Assembly: GCA_028867755.1 (NCBI GenBank)
Contig: JAGWFT010000001.1
Span: forward strand, 1-64,000
Origin: Nitrososphaerota archaeon
Lineage (GTDB): Archaea; Thermoproteota; Nitrososphaeria; Nitrososphaerales; Nitrosopumilaceae
Direction of reading: 5' to 3'
Length of the DNA: 64,000 nt
Position 1 is the stretch's first letter. Each line of letters starts with the position of its first letter. The translations under genes and the position numbers were made by a program. A model generated the notes under the pieces. That model was not told the origin of the DNA and ran no database searches. It was given only the letters and a program-made list of their open reading frames with translations. Shown piece after piece: positions 46,064 through 56,922 of this stretch.

Positions 46064-47176
46064 TTATTTTATTATCTGTTTTTGTGATAGATATGTTAGC
46101 ATATCGCCAAATTCTTGCCTTGATATCTCTTTGTTTGATAGCCACAGGGCAGGCTTTTCAACCCATTGTGGTATGCTGTTTCCTTTCATATCAAAATCTT
46201 CAAGTAGGTTTTCTGTACTATTGTAGTCTTGAGGATACATAATCCAGTTTGCAACGTCGTCTGATAATGTTGTAGGGTCATCTTTTTGTAGCAATAATAG
46301 CATTTCTTTGCTTATAAGAAGATGATATTCAGGATAACAGTTTAGCATGGTATAGTTGTTTTTATGATAAAAATTCCAGTCATTACAGGATACATCATAC
46401 TCGAATCTTGAGTTGTCTGGATTCCAACCAAATCCATTTTTGATATCAACGTTGGGGTAGCCATGACCGTGTACTAGCGTTATAGTGTTGTTGTTATAGT
46501 TTACAGTTACCCGTGCATAAAGTGCATTAGGATAGAGAAAAACGACATCTTTGTGACTAGTTATTGCATCAAACTCTTTTTGCGTAACGTATTCGTTGTG
46601 CAGTACTATGACTCGTTTGTATTGCTTTAAAATATCTGGATTTTTATCAACATCTTGGTCCTTGACATATGGATAATCAAGCAACTTTAAGATCAATCCC
46701 CCAATGATGCTTGATGCCTGAACGCCATTTACTTTGTCAGGTATTGGTACTGTCAGGCAACTGGCATCACATTGTTTGCTGTAGTAATAGTAGAAACCGT
46801 GATCCCCATATGCAGCTTGGGTAAAACTTGGATAGATGAACACAATGTCTTTTGATTTATTTGCCAATCCTATATGCGAATACAGATCACTGAGCTCAGG
46901 CTTTAATGACAATGAAAGTGATATTTGGTTTCCTTGGTTGTCGTATGTTGGGACAATATTGAAAAGCATTCTATCAGATGGAATTTGTAAAACCTGTTTT
47001 TGTCCTTCTGAGTTGGAGACAATCTCCAGATAGCCCTGTGTTTGATTTTGTACATTGAATGCATTTGTATAAGCATATTCTGGAGTCTGCGCAATAGCTA
47101 CATTTGGTATCATTGAAAATAACAGAGCAGCAAAAAGAAATACAGATAACTCTAGTTTGTGCCCGTACAACCCCAT
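46064..47176 (-). CDS. Exported hypothetical protein with a C-terminal Trp-rich repeat
   Basis: Signal peptide; FTQAAY, CDASC, VLHNEYVT, LYPNALYA; ends IPQWVEKPALWLSNKEISRQEF..MLTYL..KQII. Confidence 0.8.
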   Translation of the reverse strand: MGLYGHKLELSVFLFAALLFSMIPNVAIAQTPEYAYTNAFNVQNQTQGYLEIVSNSEGQKQVLQIPSDRMLFNIVPTYDNQGNQISLSLSLKPELSDLYSHIGLANKSKDIVFIYPSFTQAAYGDHGFYYYYSKQCDASCLTVPIPDKVNGVQASSIIGGLILKLLDYPYVKDQDVDKNPDILKQYKRVIVLHNEYVTQKEFDAITSHKDVVFLYPNALYARVTVNYNNNTITLVHGHGYPNVDIKNGFGWNPDNSRFEYDVSCNDWNFYHKNNYTMLNCYPEYHLLISKEMLLLLQKDDPTTLSDDVANWIMYPQDYNSTENLLEDFDMKGNSIPQWVEKPALWLSNKEISRQEFGDMLTYLSQKQIIK

Positions 47177-47349
47177 GATGCTGTATATGTTCAGAGTATT
47201 TGGGTTTTTAGAAAGTGGGTGTTATGTGGATATGTATCATATGAAAAAATTTGAAAACTATGATATAGGTTAAGAAAAATGTATGCTGAAATTTAATGTT
47301 AATAATAGAAGATATCTATTTGATAACTTTCGTTAGGAGTTTATTTTAA

Positions 47350-47369
47350 TAAAAAGGAAAAAGGGGAAA
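47350..47369 (-). terminator. Pyrimidine-rich archaeal terminator tract of the S-layer gene
   Basis: TTTCCCCTTTTTCCTTTTTA on the minus strand, about 30 nt after the stop at 47398. Confidence 0.55.
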
Positions 47370-47397
47370 GTTAGTTGTTTTTGTTTGTGTATCTAGT

Positions 47398-50300
47398 CTA
47401 CTGTACTGTGATCGTTGTACTCAATGGTGGCGACAGTGCGTTTGGATTGTCAATGCTCTGCCATACAAAGATTTGAGCAGTGTATGTGCCAGCTGCTGAC
47501 GGAGTCCAAGACTGTGCCGGGTTGAGTGATTGACCTGCAGATAGTGTACCTGTGATCCATGAGAGTGATACAGTCACGCCGTTGCCATCCTGTATTTGTA
47601 CAAGATATGCAAATGGCTGATCAGTATTCTGGCCGTTTGCCAAATCAGCAGTCACTTGGATCTGCTGACCGACTTTGACGTTACCAGTGATTGCGTTACC
47701 AAACGAGTCAACTATTCTTGGGTTGGTAGCCGGCGCTCTTTCGAGTGGAGGCACAACTGTTCCAATGAATGTTGTCGCGGTTAGACGCAACTGATCGCTT
47801 GGTGTGTATGGCGGTGGCAAGGTTCTATCCTTGTATTCGCCAGTTACTGTGTCACCTTCTGAAACGTGCAACCTGTTTCCGGATGAACCGAAGTTGGTTG
47901 TAAAGTACACAGTACCTTGGAAGATACCGGTATCTTGGCCTGTCTCTGTCATGGTGAGTTTGATACCACCTGAATCAGAGTCTGACCACACGTTGGTGTC
48001 GAATTTATCGATAGCCTTTGGATTGAGGTTCATGTCTGGGTCTACGATTTGCAATACTCCTTGACCGTTAGCTGGGTAGCTTGACTGCAACCATGAGATT
48101 TCACCAATGTTCCATCTGATTAGAGCAGAACCAGTTACTGTTTGATCTCTTGTGAATTCAAACGATACTGATACGCCGTCAGAATCTTCTGCTGGTAGGA
48201 ATCCGTCAGTTGGACCACATTGAGTACTAGCTGAGCAGGTTCCTGCCAAATTGCCAATGTTTCCAGTTGGATTCTGACCTGGGTTTCCGCCATCAACACC
48301 ACCAACGCCTTTTAGATTGGCATCGCCTGTGAGGATGACATAGCCAGTAAAGATACCTGTGTCTACTCCGGTCTCAGTTAGCGTGTAGTAGATTTGGTGG
48401 CCTCTTGTAGAGACAATCACGTTATCTTCTCCGCCATTGTTACCGATAGTATCAATCAGGTTTGGATCAAAGTTGTGATCTGGTGCGACTACGGTTATAT
48501 AGACACGATCAGTCCAGGTGTATACCTTCTGGTCGAGTTCAACTGTTGCACCAAAGTTAGATGTGTAGATTGTCAGCTCAATGTCTTGGCTGTTGCTACC
48601 CACCGTTTTGGCACCTGCTGGACCCCAGTCAGTATATTCTAGGTTGATCTGTTCGCCTCTTTCAAGTTGAGTGGTACCAAGTTGTTTTGGAATCTTGATA
48701 ACTGATTGGAAGATGCCTGTGTCTTTACCTGTCTCTACAAATGTTGAGGGCTTGGCATCAAAGGCTGCCTGTTGACCACCGAGTTGGCCCATGGTACCCT
48801 TGAATGCATGCGAATCCCACTCAATTAGATCAAGTGGTAAAGTCTCAGCCTGTTGTGAGTCTAGGTTAAAGTCTGGTTCTACCAAGGTTAAGATCATGTC
48901 TGAACCTATGATGTAGACAGACTTGTCTGATTGTAGTACACCGTTTCTTAAGTCAAATGTTGCAGAGTCTGTAACAGTTTGTGGTTTGCCCGATGAGTCA
49001 CTCTGATCAAAGTATGTCACAGTGAGTACATCACCCTGTCTTACACAGTAATTCATGACTGTTGGATTTGCTGTAACACCGTTTTGTGTGTTAGCAACCA
49101 CAAGAATTCTGTTTTGGATAAGGTTACTAAATCCAGAGCCTCCACTGATGGTTTGGTCCCAGTTATCTACCTGTGGACAATCGTTGTTACCTGCTACTGG
49201 AGCAGGGCCGTCAGTCAATTCTATTGGAAGATCTGTTTGGAAGATTCCAGCACCTGGTGTAATCTCTTGCATTGGACCAAGATCAGGCACAGAGTTCCAT
49301 GTAGGACTATTCTGTGGTGGTAGCTGAGCTGCTCCAATATCAATGATGTGACCTGGTGTTTTAGTTGGGCCTCCAGCAGTTGCCAATAGTACTGATTGAC
49401 CAGATCGTGAGATCTGGAATGCCACTGGACCGTGTGTCAGTGATGTCTGTGTTCCTACAAGGGTTCCCATAACACCTACGTTGATGAAATTGGTTCCTGT
49501 AGCTGCAGTGGTATAGTCTGGGTCATTGACTCTTGTGTGTACAAGGACTTTGCCTTGTGGCAATACGTTTGTACTGATGAGTCCTGTTCCAGATACATCC
49601 CTATGAAGTGGGAATACACCTGACTGGCTTGCTTTTCCTTGTACTGTAGCTGGATTAAAGCTAGCTGTACCTGCAGTGGCACCGACAGTACCAAATGGTA
49701 CTGGGTACACAGATTTGTCTAGTTTAACTGAACCAGTGTTACCTCTTATACCAGCATTATCTGATATCTCTACTAGCTTACCAGATTCATCACGGAAGTC
49801 AACATAGTTGACCTTCATGTTTTGGCCGTTGGCTACGACACCTTGTATAGTACCACTAAGATTCTGACAAATTTGGTCTGGAATCTCGAAGGTACCTGTG
49901 AAGATGCCTGAGCCGGCAGCAGTTTCAACTAATGTGAATCCTGTTGCTGCAAAGCCTCCTGGGGCTCCTAGAGGTGTTAGACCACCAGTAAATGTTGGAC
50001 AGGTGGCAGTTCCAGCAATACCCGGAATGACTGTGTTAGTCCATCGGATGTCTTGCTGGCCAAATTGTATATCAAGCATTCTGCCAATTGCTTGGCCGTT
50101 TGAATACAAACCAAGTCCAGACTTACCGACTGTATCGGTGGCTGGATCTATTGGGGCTCCTCCTGTTGCTGGTGCGACTGTGTTGTATATTACAACCAAG
50201 TCGTTGTTGGTGTTAAGATCTGGATCGTTAACTGTAACTGTTACAGTGTCTCCTACCTTGTATGTCTTCTGGTCAAATGATACAGTTCCAGAGTGAGTTG

Positions 50301-53211
50301 GGATATCTTGCTGTGCAGATACCTGTACGTTGACACCATCAGCACCTAAATCAAAGTAGGTTATCTGTGGTGCTCGTGCCTCAGACTGGAGCATATCTTG
50401 GATTGCTGGGAACAGAACATCGTGATTGATTGTTCTCAATTGTGAGTATGTAGCTGGATCAAGTATATTCACTTGGTTGAGCATCAAGAACTGTGTAGTT
50501 CCTGTGAACACACCAGTGTTGTCACCTGTCTCTTCAAGCTCCCATCTGTAAACTCCGTTGTTGATTCTCTGAGTATTGTCAGTACCGTCACCTACGATAC
50601 CAATTGAGAAGAAGTCAGTAACCATAGGTATTCCTGTGGTTTCCGATGCTCCTCCGCCAATTGGGAAGTTAGGTAAGGTAAGTGTATTACCAACACCTGG
50701 GATGGTGAATACATACAAGAATCCAACGACATCGTTTGGTGACTGCGTTGCAGCTTGGAAGATTCTTCCGTTAACTACTGAGCCACTATCAATTACACCT
50801 GGTGTGTAAAAGTCATTGGCAAATGCAGTTTCACCGTGTGATGCCAATAAGTTAGCTGGTACTGGTTGTGTACCGTTTAGGTTCACAAAGTCCTCTAAAT
50901 TAGTGTCATTTACAAGAGAGAAGCCTACTACACCGTTACCTAGATTTGCTAAGCTTGGTGCAGCGCCACCTACGAGGTTATAGAATGTTGTCGCACCTGT
51001 AACGGGGTTCCTAACGTTATTTGCTGGACCGTGTATCAAGTATATGTTTACACTTGATATCGGTGTACCAGTTGCACCGTTGAGGCTAGTGAAAGACCTC
51101 AAGTCAAAGTTAAGGAAGTTGAAACCATGGAATCTTGTGACTGGATTCGCGCCGCCAGCGGCGTTTCCGCCTCTTGGGTCGTTAATCGTGTTCAACAATT
51201 GTTGCATAGTTCCACCCGTATCAACAAGTATACCACCGCCGCTCTGGAGGGTCAAAAGAGCTGTTGGACCAGAGAATGCTGGTAATACTCTATTACTAAA
51301 TTGCTCATCTACTCCCAGATCTGGGTCTGTAGCTGAAGTCAAACTAGTAAAGCTAGTAAATCCAGCGAAGCTGACACCTGGCACTACGTGAGTAGTATCA
51401 CCAGGCGCTGGTGGTGTCAATTGGATAAGGCCGTTTCCGGCTGTACCTATATGTCCACCTGCGACGAGGTTAAAGTTGGGTGATAATGAAGTTGGATCAG
51501 ATGCCCCGGTAAGACATGTTGGACATCCTGCGTTCAATGAGAACGGAGTTCCAAGCTTCATTGTGCTAATTCTTAACACATTGGAGTCATAGTCATTGAG
51601 ATGTTCAGTTAGTTTGCTGTTCCTGTTTTGATCCATATCAGTAAGTGTTACTGGAATTCTTTGTCCTGATGCCCATGTTCCATTGGTTGCAGTCATTGTG
51701 ATTGAACCAAATGCAAAGCCGCCTACGATACTTCCAGATATGTCATTATATTTGAAAGTGGCAGACTGGCCTCTAATGGATCCTTGTGCAGGATATGCAC
51801 TACCAGTCGGAGGAGATTCCTCTGATGGTGAGAGTGTTACAATTCCTGCAATTCTTGCACCATCCCAGTCACCGAAGACACCAGTGTTTACACCACCCTG
51901 TTCAGCAAATGTAATCATCTCAGAACCTTTAGCCAAGTTTAGGCCGTTGTCCTGGACTTGTAACGGAGTACCTCTTGTACCGGAGTTACATTGATTTGCT
52001 AGACCAGAGTTACAGACAAGTTTTTCTCTTCCAAAGTTTTGAAAGTCTACAACTCTCACGCCTTGGGCGGTTGGGTTGAATGTGAACTTGCCGTTGTGGT
52101 TAAAGTTGAATGATGTAAGGTTACCAATGAGGTTCTGCATTGCAGGTGAAGCTGCTGGTGCACTTGGCATCAAGGTTGCTCCCCCGACACCGCCTGTTAT
52201 ACCGTCAGCACGTGCGTTTGCATTTCTGTCAAATGCTTGATAATACAATGTATTGTTATTTGCATTTGCACCCCATGTCCATACATCATCTTCTGTTGGG
52301 TCTACGTTTAGCTGTGGATCGTTCATTGTCAAGAATACTTGGGTGTTCTCTGGATAGGATGTTCTATCCGGAGTAACTGTGATCAGGTTGCTTGGAATTC
52401 TGTCAAAAGTCAGGTTGACGATTTGATCGCCACCTGCTGCTGAGTAGTCAACGACTACTGTTTGTGGAATTCCAGAGAAATCGTATAGCTGTATAACTGG
52501 CCAGGCTGCTTGAAGGTTCGTAGATGCTGCAAATCCAGCACCGCCACCGTTTAATGTCTTGTTCTCTCGAACTACATTTTGAACAGATGCAGTGTCTGTG
52601 TTTGCGGCATACGAGTTACTAGTAAAGGTACACACGTTATTCAATGTACCAACGGTTGTAATTCCGAATGGTGAGATTGGATTAACGGTACCTGCTACGT
52701 TAGTTTCAGATGCATTACCTAGTAGTGCTCCATTAAATGGATTTCGTGCAACTGTAAAGCCCTTGGTATCTGTCATAGTCCAGCCGGATCTAAGGCCTGC
52801 TGCGTTAGAGGTTGGACCACAGAAATAACCAAAGTTAAGACCTTGACCACCTACTGGTGCGGTCTTGCCTGCAATTTCAGCTTGATTTCTATCAGCAAAG
52901 TATCCATACCAGTTACCGTCTGTACCCTGTGCCATTCTCAGTCTTTTACCACCGATGGTTACGATAGGTTCACCATATTGTTGGTCGATCCTGTTTATGT
53001 TAGGATCAGATACCACAACTTGGATTACCTGAGGACCAGCAAAGTAGTTATTGTACTGGGAATTTTCGGCAGAGACAAACAAGTTTGGATGTGAAGCTAC
53101 TTGAGCGTGTGCTGCTGGCATTGCGTTTGGCAATGCAAATGCAGCGGTGCTCAGAAGTAGGATCGTTAATAGTGATAGACTAGTTACTTTACGTAATATG
53201 TTGTTGTACAT
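47398..53211 (-). CDS. Main S-layer protein (Nitrosopumilus Nmar_1547-like)
   Basis: 1937 aa; signal peptide; LFVSAENS..NYFAGPQVIQVVV.DP start, RMAQGTDGNWY, repeated (L)xETG.xTG.FxG and D(K/Q).vY Ig modules, C-terminal DSFGN...VSLSWITG...IFVW domain. Confidence 0.9.
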   Translation of the reverse strand: MYNNILRKVTSLSLLTILLLSTAAFALPNAMPAAHAQVASHPNLFVSAENSQYNNYFAGPQVIQVVVSDPNINRIDQQYGEPIVTIGGKRLRMAQGTDGNWYGYFADRNQAEIAGKTAPVGGQGLNFGYFCGPTSNAAGLRSGWTMTDTKGFTVARNPFNGALLGNASETNVAGTVNPISPFGITTVGTLNNVCTFTSNSYAANTDTASVQNVVRENKTLNGGGAGFAASTNLQAAWPVIQLYDFSGIPQTVVVDYSAAGGDQIVNLTFDRIPSNLITVTPDRTSYPENTQVFLTMNDPQLNVDPTEDDVWTWGANANNNTLYYQAFDRNANARADGITGGVGGATLMPSAPAASPAMQNLIGNLTSFNFNHNGKFTFNPTAQGVRVVDFQNFGREKLVCNSGLANQCNSGTRGTPLQVQDNGLNLAKGSEMITFAEQGGVNTGVFGDWDGARIAGIVTLSPSEESPPTGSAYPAQGSIRGQSATFKYNDISGSIVGGFAFGSITMTATNGTWASGQRIPVTLTDMDQNRNSKLTEHLNDYDSNVLRISTMKLGTPFSLNAGCPTCLTGASDPTSLSPNFNLVAGGHIGTAGNGLIQLTPPAPGDTTHVVPGVSFAGFTSFTSLTSATDPDLGVDEQFSNRVLPAFSGPTALLTLQSGGGILVDTGGTMQQLLNTINDPRGGNAAGGANPVTRFHGFNFLNFDLRSFTSLNGATGTPISSVNIYLIHGPANNVRNPVTGATTFYNLVGGAAPSLANLGNGVVGFSLVNDTNLEDFVNLNGTQPVPANLLASHGETAFANDFYTPGVIDSGSVVNGRIFQAATQSPNDVVGFLYVFTIPGVGNTLTLPNFPIGGGASETTGIPMVTDFFSIGIVGDGTDNTQRINNGVYRWELEETGDNTGVFTGTTQFLMLNQVNILDPATYSQLRTINHDVLFPAIQDMLQSEARAPQITYFDLGADGVNVQVSAQQDIPTHSGTVSFDQKTYKVGDTVTVTVNDPDLNTNNDLVVIYNTVAPATGGAPIDPATDTVGKSGLGLYSNGQAIGRMLDIQFGQQDIRWTNTVIPGIAGTATCPTFTGGLTPLGAPGGFAATGFTLVETAAGSGIFTGTFEIPDQICQNLSGTIQGVVANGQNMKVNYVDFRDESGKLVEISDNAGIRGNTGSVKLDKSVYPVPFGTVGATAGTASFNPATVQGKASQSGVFPLHRDVSGTGLISTNVLPQGKVLVHTRVNDPDYTTAATGTNFINVGVMGTLVGTQTSLTHGPVAFQISRSGQSVLLATAGGPTKTPGHIIDIGAAQLPPQNSPTWNSVPDLGPMQEITPGAGIFQTDLPIELTDGPAPVAGNNDCPQVDNWDQTISGGSGFSNLIQNRILVVANTQNGVTANPTVMNYCVRQGDVLTVTYFDQSDSSGKPQTVTDSATFDLRNGVLQSDKSVYIIGSDMILTLVEPDFNLDSQQAETLPLDLIEWDSHAFKGTMGQLGGQQAAFDAKPSTFVETGKDTGIFQSVIKIPKQLGTTQLERGEQINLEYTDWGPAGAKTVGSNSQDIELTIYTSNFGATVELDQKVYTWTDRVYITVVAPDHNFDPNLIDTIGNNGGEDNVIVSTRGHQIYYTLTETGVDTGIFTGYVILTGDANLKGVGGVDGGNPGQNPTGNIGNLAGTCSASTQCGPTDGFLPAEDSDGVSVSFEFTRDQTVTGSALIRWNIGEISWLQSSYPANGQGVLQIVDPDMNLNPKAIDKFDTNVWSDSDSGGIKLTMTETGQDTGIFQGTVYFTTNFGSSGNRLHVSEGDTVTGEYKDRTLPPPYTPSDQLRLTATTFIGTVVPPLERAPATNPRIVDSFGNAITGNVKVGQQIQVTADLANGQNTDQPFAYLVQIQDGNGVTVSLSWITGTLSAGQSLNPAQSWTPSAAGTYTAQIFVWQSIDNPNALSPPLSTTITVQ

Positions 53212-53239
53212 AGTTATTGTATTTTTTGCAAGATTTATG

Positions 53240-53247
53240 ATATATAA
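53240..53247 (-). promoter_or_regulatory. TATA box of the S-layer gene
   Basis: TTATATAT on the minus strand, about 29 nt upstream of the ATG, consistent with a short or absent leader. Confidence 0.6.
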
Positions 53248-53384
53248 GCATAATGGACGATTTGTTCAGTTTTTGTGTGAATACAATTTTATTTTGAATT
53301 CATGAGATGAAATCATAAATAATTTGCATAGTGGCATTGCAGATTTTACAATTTAAGCCATTTTTTGGTGATCTTTGGAAGATC

Positions 53385-54260
53385 TTACTGCCTTTCCCGC
53401 ATTAGTGTTGCCATGGAAAACAGTATTACTGCAGTTACACAGAGTATTGTTCCAACAAGAAATAAAATGATTGATGCCATAAGTGAGCCCAAAAAGATAA
53501 CCTGCCTGTTAAGATATGCGTCAAGGAACTGGTAGCCAATTATGGAACCTGTAATGATTAGGATAATCCCTGGAAATCCGTAAAATGGAATCGGGTGTTT
53601 TACTGAAATGAACTTTAGTGTGTTCATCAATACTGCAATTCCGTGCGGCACAGGGCTTTGCGTTGATGTGTCATCGCCATATGATATAGTGATTGGAACC
53701 TCGGCAAGACTCAGACCCTTGTTTGATATTTTTAATAAAATTTCAGTTGATACTGACATGCCAGTCTCTGTGGGATGGATTGATTCTATTGCTCGCTTTG
53801 AATATGCCCTGAACCCAGACTGGGCATCGCTTACTTTGAAATCTGCCCCAAAGTTTGCAGCCGATGTTATTATCTTGATTCCTTGCTTTCGGTATCCTGG
53901 AATGCCAGATGCCTTGTCCAAAAATCTTGAGCCTATTACAACATCGACATTGTTTTGTTGTAGTGTGTCAAACAAGAGCGGAATTTGATCAGGGTCATGC
54001 TGCCCGTCACCATCTATTGTTATCATGGTATCAGCACTTTCCTGTCTTGCCCTTTCAAATAATGTAATAATTGATGAGCCATATCCTTCATTTTTTTTGT
54101 GCGAGATTACAGTTGCGCCGCTTTCTTTTGCAATCTTTGCGGTATCATCAGTAGAGCCATCATCGCAGACAATTACCTTGTCTGCGTGTTTTAGCGAGCG
54201 CTTTACTAGATCTCCAATTGCCTTTTCTTCATCGTATGCTGGAATACAGACAAGTTTCAT
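53385..54260 (-). CDS. GT2 polyprenol-phosphate glycosyltransferase (DPM1-like) with C-terminal TMs
   Basis: ATG at 54260 overlaps the upstream stop (ATGA); IPAYDE, DDGSTD, DGDGQHDP, GSRF, DAQSGFRAY. Confidence 0.9.
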   Translation of the reverse strand: MKLVCIPAYDEEKAIGDLVKRSLKHADKVIVCDDGSTDDTAKIAKESGATVISHKKNEGYGSSIITLFERARQESADTMITIDGDGQHDPDQIPLLFDTLQQNNVDVVIGSRFLDKASGIPGYRKQGIKIITSAANFGADFKVSDAQSGFRAYSKRAIESIHPTETGMSVSTEILLKISNKGLSLAEVPITISYGDDTSTQSPVPHGIAVLMNTLKFISVKHPIPFYGFPGIILIITGSIIGYQFLDAYLNRQVIFLGSLMASIILFLVGTILCVTAVILFSMATLMRERQ

Positions 54261-55168
54261 TTCTTGAAAATATTCTGTATCCATTGTTCTAATGTAGTTT
54301 CCGGTTGCCAGCTAAGCAGTCTTTTAGCTAGAGAGATATCAGCTTGGCTTGCTCTCACGTTTCCTTGCTGCTCTGTCTCAAATACTGGCATAAGATTCTT
54401 TTTTGAGTATTTTATGAAAAGATTAGCAAGATCAAGAATTGATACTGTAACACCAGAGCCTACATTTATGAAAACAGAGCCTGTCTTTTTTTCCATTGCA
54501 AATATAGTTACCTGCGCTATATCATCTACAAAAACAAAGTCTCGCAATTGTTTTCCATCACCTTCTATTACAGGCGGTTTGTTTGCAGTTACGTTTTGGT
54601 AAAATTTTGATATCACACCAGCTTGCATACTGGAATTGCTTCCATACACGTTATAGTAACGCAGTCCAACAATGTCGTGTTTTGTGCCATATTTTTCTGC
54701 CAGCAGTTCTGCCTTTAGCTTTGTGATGCCATACGGGTTTATGGGCTCTAGCTTTGCAGACTCGGGAGTTGGTATTGCCTTTGTATCTCCATAGACACCT
54801 GCACTACTTGCAAATACAACCTTGGTGCCAGTCTCGTGCGCTACATCGAACACATTTTCTGTGCCGTGTACATTGACATCAAAATATTTTTTTTCTTTTG
54901 TGTATGATTCTGGAACTGATGTAAGTGCTGCATGATGAAATATTCCGTCCTTTCCTGCAATAACTTGCCTAAGCTCTGTACCATTACAAATGTCAACGTT
55001 GTGAAACCGTATTTTGTTTTTAATCTCAGCCAAGTTTTCCAATCTTCCAACAGAGAGATTGTCAACGATATCCACTCTGTGGCCTTGCTTGACCAATAGC
55101 TTGGCAAGATGGCTGCCGATAAATCCTGCACCGCCTGTTATGACATAATCCAATAGATGGCCTGTCAA
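54257..55168 (-). CDS. NAD-dependent nucleotide-sugar epimerase/dehydratase
   Basis: ITGGAGFIGSH, HHAA, ASSAGVYG, PYGITK (YxxxK), LRYYNVYG, RDFVFVDD; start may be TTG at 55153. Confidence 0.93.
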   Translation of the reverse strand: MTGHLLDYVITGGAGFIGSHLAKLLVKQGHRVDIVDNLSVGRLENLAEIKNKIRFHNVDICNGTELRQVIAGKDGIFHHAALTSVPESYTKEKKYFDVNVHGTENVFDVAHETGTKVVFASSAGVYGDTKAIPTPESAKLEPINPYGITKLKAELLAEKYGTKHDIVGLRYYNVYGSNSSMQAGVISKFYQNVTANKPPVIEGDGKQLRDFVFVDDIAQVTIFAMEKKTGSVFINVGSGVTVSILDLANLFIKYSKKNLMPVFETEQQGNVRASQADISLAKRLLSWQPETTLEQWIQNIFKK

Positions 55169-55186
55169 GTTATCAGAACATAAACC

Positions 55187-56842
55187 CTATCGTTTCAATT
55201 CTATACCAGTTATGAAGCTGGTTCCATCTGACAAACTAAAACTGGTCTTTTGTATATTGAGGCTATTTTTTTCTGCATAAGTCTTAATGTAATTAAGATC
55301 ATCGCAGATCGGTTTTTGTTCAAAAGTTGGTTGCAAACAATTGGGAAAGCTTGGATAGGAGTAGACTAGAAAAACATAGTTTGACCTCAAGTCCAATGAA
55401 TTTACCTCTTGCATTGGTTCTCTGAATTTATTCAACTCGTCGCTTTGTGGAAGTGTCCAACGCATTACTACAGGAATAATTTTTCCATCTGAATAAAATG
55501 GCATTACTTTGGCAGTAAAAAAGTCTAGTGAAACTGGTTTCAAGTTATTTTGCAGTACATATGAATTTATTTTGTTATATACCTGGTCTGTTTGTGCAGT
55601 GGAAGAACTACCCATGACGTCAAACCCAGAAATTAGTGTAGTAATCTGCGTTAATCCTATTAGCACAATTGCAATCAATATCAAATGATTTATGGTAGTT
55701 TTGCTTCTTAGTTGTGATAACATAATGTCCAACCCCCTGCCAATTGACAAAAATAAAAATGGCAAAATAATTGATATTTGAATGGACAAAAACTCTGATA
55801 TGGTAAACATGCTTGCTACAAATATTCCCAGAATTAGAATCAGGATTGAGCCAATCTGTCGCGAACCTTGTTTTCTCTTACAGATATAAAGTATCAAGGA
55901 AATAGTTGTAATTGCAAAAATAATAGAAAATGCGTAATTTACTACATCAAAGTGTGAACCAGAATTATAAAATAAAAATACTACTCCTGGTTTTGACAGG
56001 AAACTGAAAAGGTCATTTGAGCGCATCATAGCATTTCCTAAAAAGTTGGTGTTAGAGGCATGGTGGTATTGGGAATTGTTTCCAAGTAGCACATCAGCAG
56101 CAAATGACACAGGTGACTGGGTAGGACTCAGTACATATCCAATTATCAGATGACTAAAGCCAAGAATCAAGGCCACTGACAATGTGATTACAAATTTTTT
56201 GTCAAACTTGATTTTTTTAATCCAGAGTGGAATAGTAGCAAGTAATCCAATAACAATCCACACAAACCAGAGATACTCATAAACTCCAATACCCACAAGA
56301 AAAAGCGAGGCAAAAAGATACAGGGTTTTCTTGTACTTTAGGTAACGCACGCCAAAAATGACAACAAGCAAGGCTACACAGAGATCAGTCCAATCATACA
56401 ACGATGACTGACGCGAATAGAAGACAAAGGAGGGAAGTATCGATAAGAGTGAAGCTCCTATCATGCCTGTATTTTTTGAAAATATTTCCTTGCCGCAATA
56501 ATATGTCAAAACTAGAACTGCAATTGCTACTGCAAGCTCGTAGATTCGTACAGCCGCTACATTTATTCCAATAAAATAAAGAAAAGGAACCGTGAGATAG
56601 GTTGCCAATACGTTTCCATTGTAGTGTTGCCATGCAACTGGAAATTGTCCTAAATGTGCCCCCCACTGTCTAGAATAGTGATAAAGGTCTGAATCGTGAG
56701 AAGATATCAGCGATGTTGCCATTATGAAAGGTGACGTTTCGTCAGCCCACAGCGGGGGCAGAAAAAAATCGTATGTGTGTAACATTATTGTAATCAAGCT
56801 GATTACAAGAAGAAAGCAAAACTCTGAACTTTTAAAAAACAT
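55187..56842 (-). CDS. GT-C membrane glycosyltransferase (ArnT/PMT-like)
   Basis: LWADE loop after TM1, about 11 TM helices, soluble C-terminal domain. Confidence 0.8.
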   Translation of the reverse strand: MFFKSSEFCFLLVISLITIMLHTYDFFLPPLWADETSPFIMATSLISSHDSDLYHYSRQWGAHLGQFPVAWQHYNGNVLATYLTVPFLYFIGINVAAVRIYELAVAIAVLVLTYYCGKEIFSKNTGMIGASLLSILPSFVFYSRQSSLYDWTDLCVALLVVIFGVRYLKYKKTLYLFASLFLVGIGVYEYLWFVWIVIGLLATIPLWIKKIKFDKKFVITLSVALILGFSHLIIGYVLSPTQSPVSFAADVLLGNNSQYHHASNTNFLGNAMMRSNDLFSFLSKPGVVFLFYNSGSHFDVVNYAFSIIFAITTISLILYICKRKQGSRQIGSILILILGIFVASMFTISEFLSIQISIILPFLFLSIGRGLDIMLSQLRSKTTINHLILIAIVLIGLTQITTLISGFDVMGSSSTAQTDQVYNKINSYVLQNNLKPVSLDFFTAKVMPFYSDGKIIPVVMRWTLPQSDELNKFREPMQEVNSLDLRSNYVFLVYSYPSFPNCLQPTFEQKPICDDLNYIKTYAEKNSLNIQKTSFSLSDGTSFITGIELKR

Positions 56843-56922
56843 AGATATTCTTGAAGCGCGATATTAATAAAACACTATTCTTGTGGTTAGGCTATGAATA
56901 GACTAAATCTAGTCATTGTTTA

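Noticed and set aside
47596-53094. Many 60-130-aa ORFs on and opposite the S-layer gene
   Set aside because: Shadow or alternative-frame ORFs of a highly biased gene.
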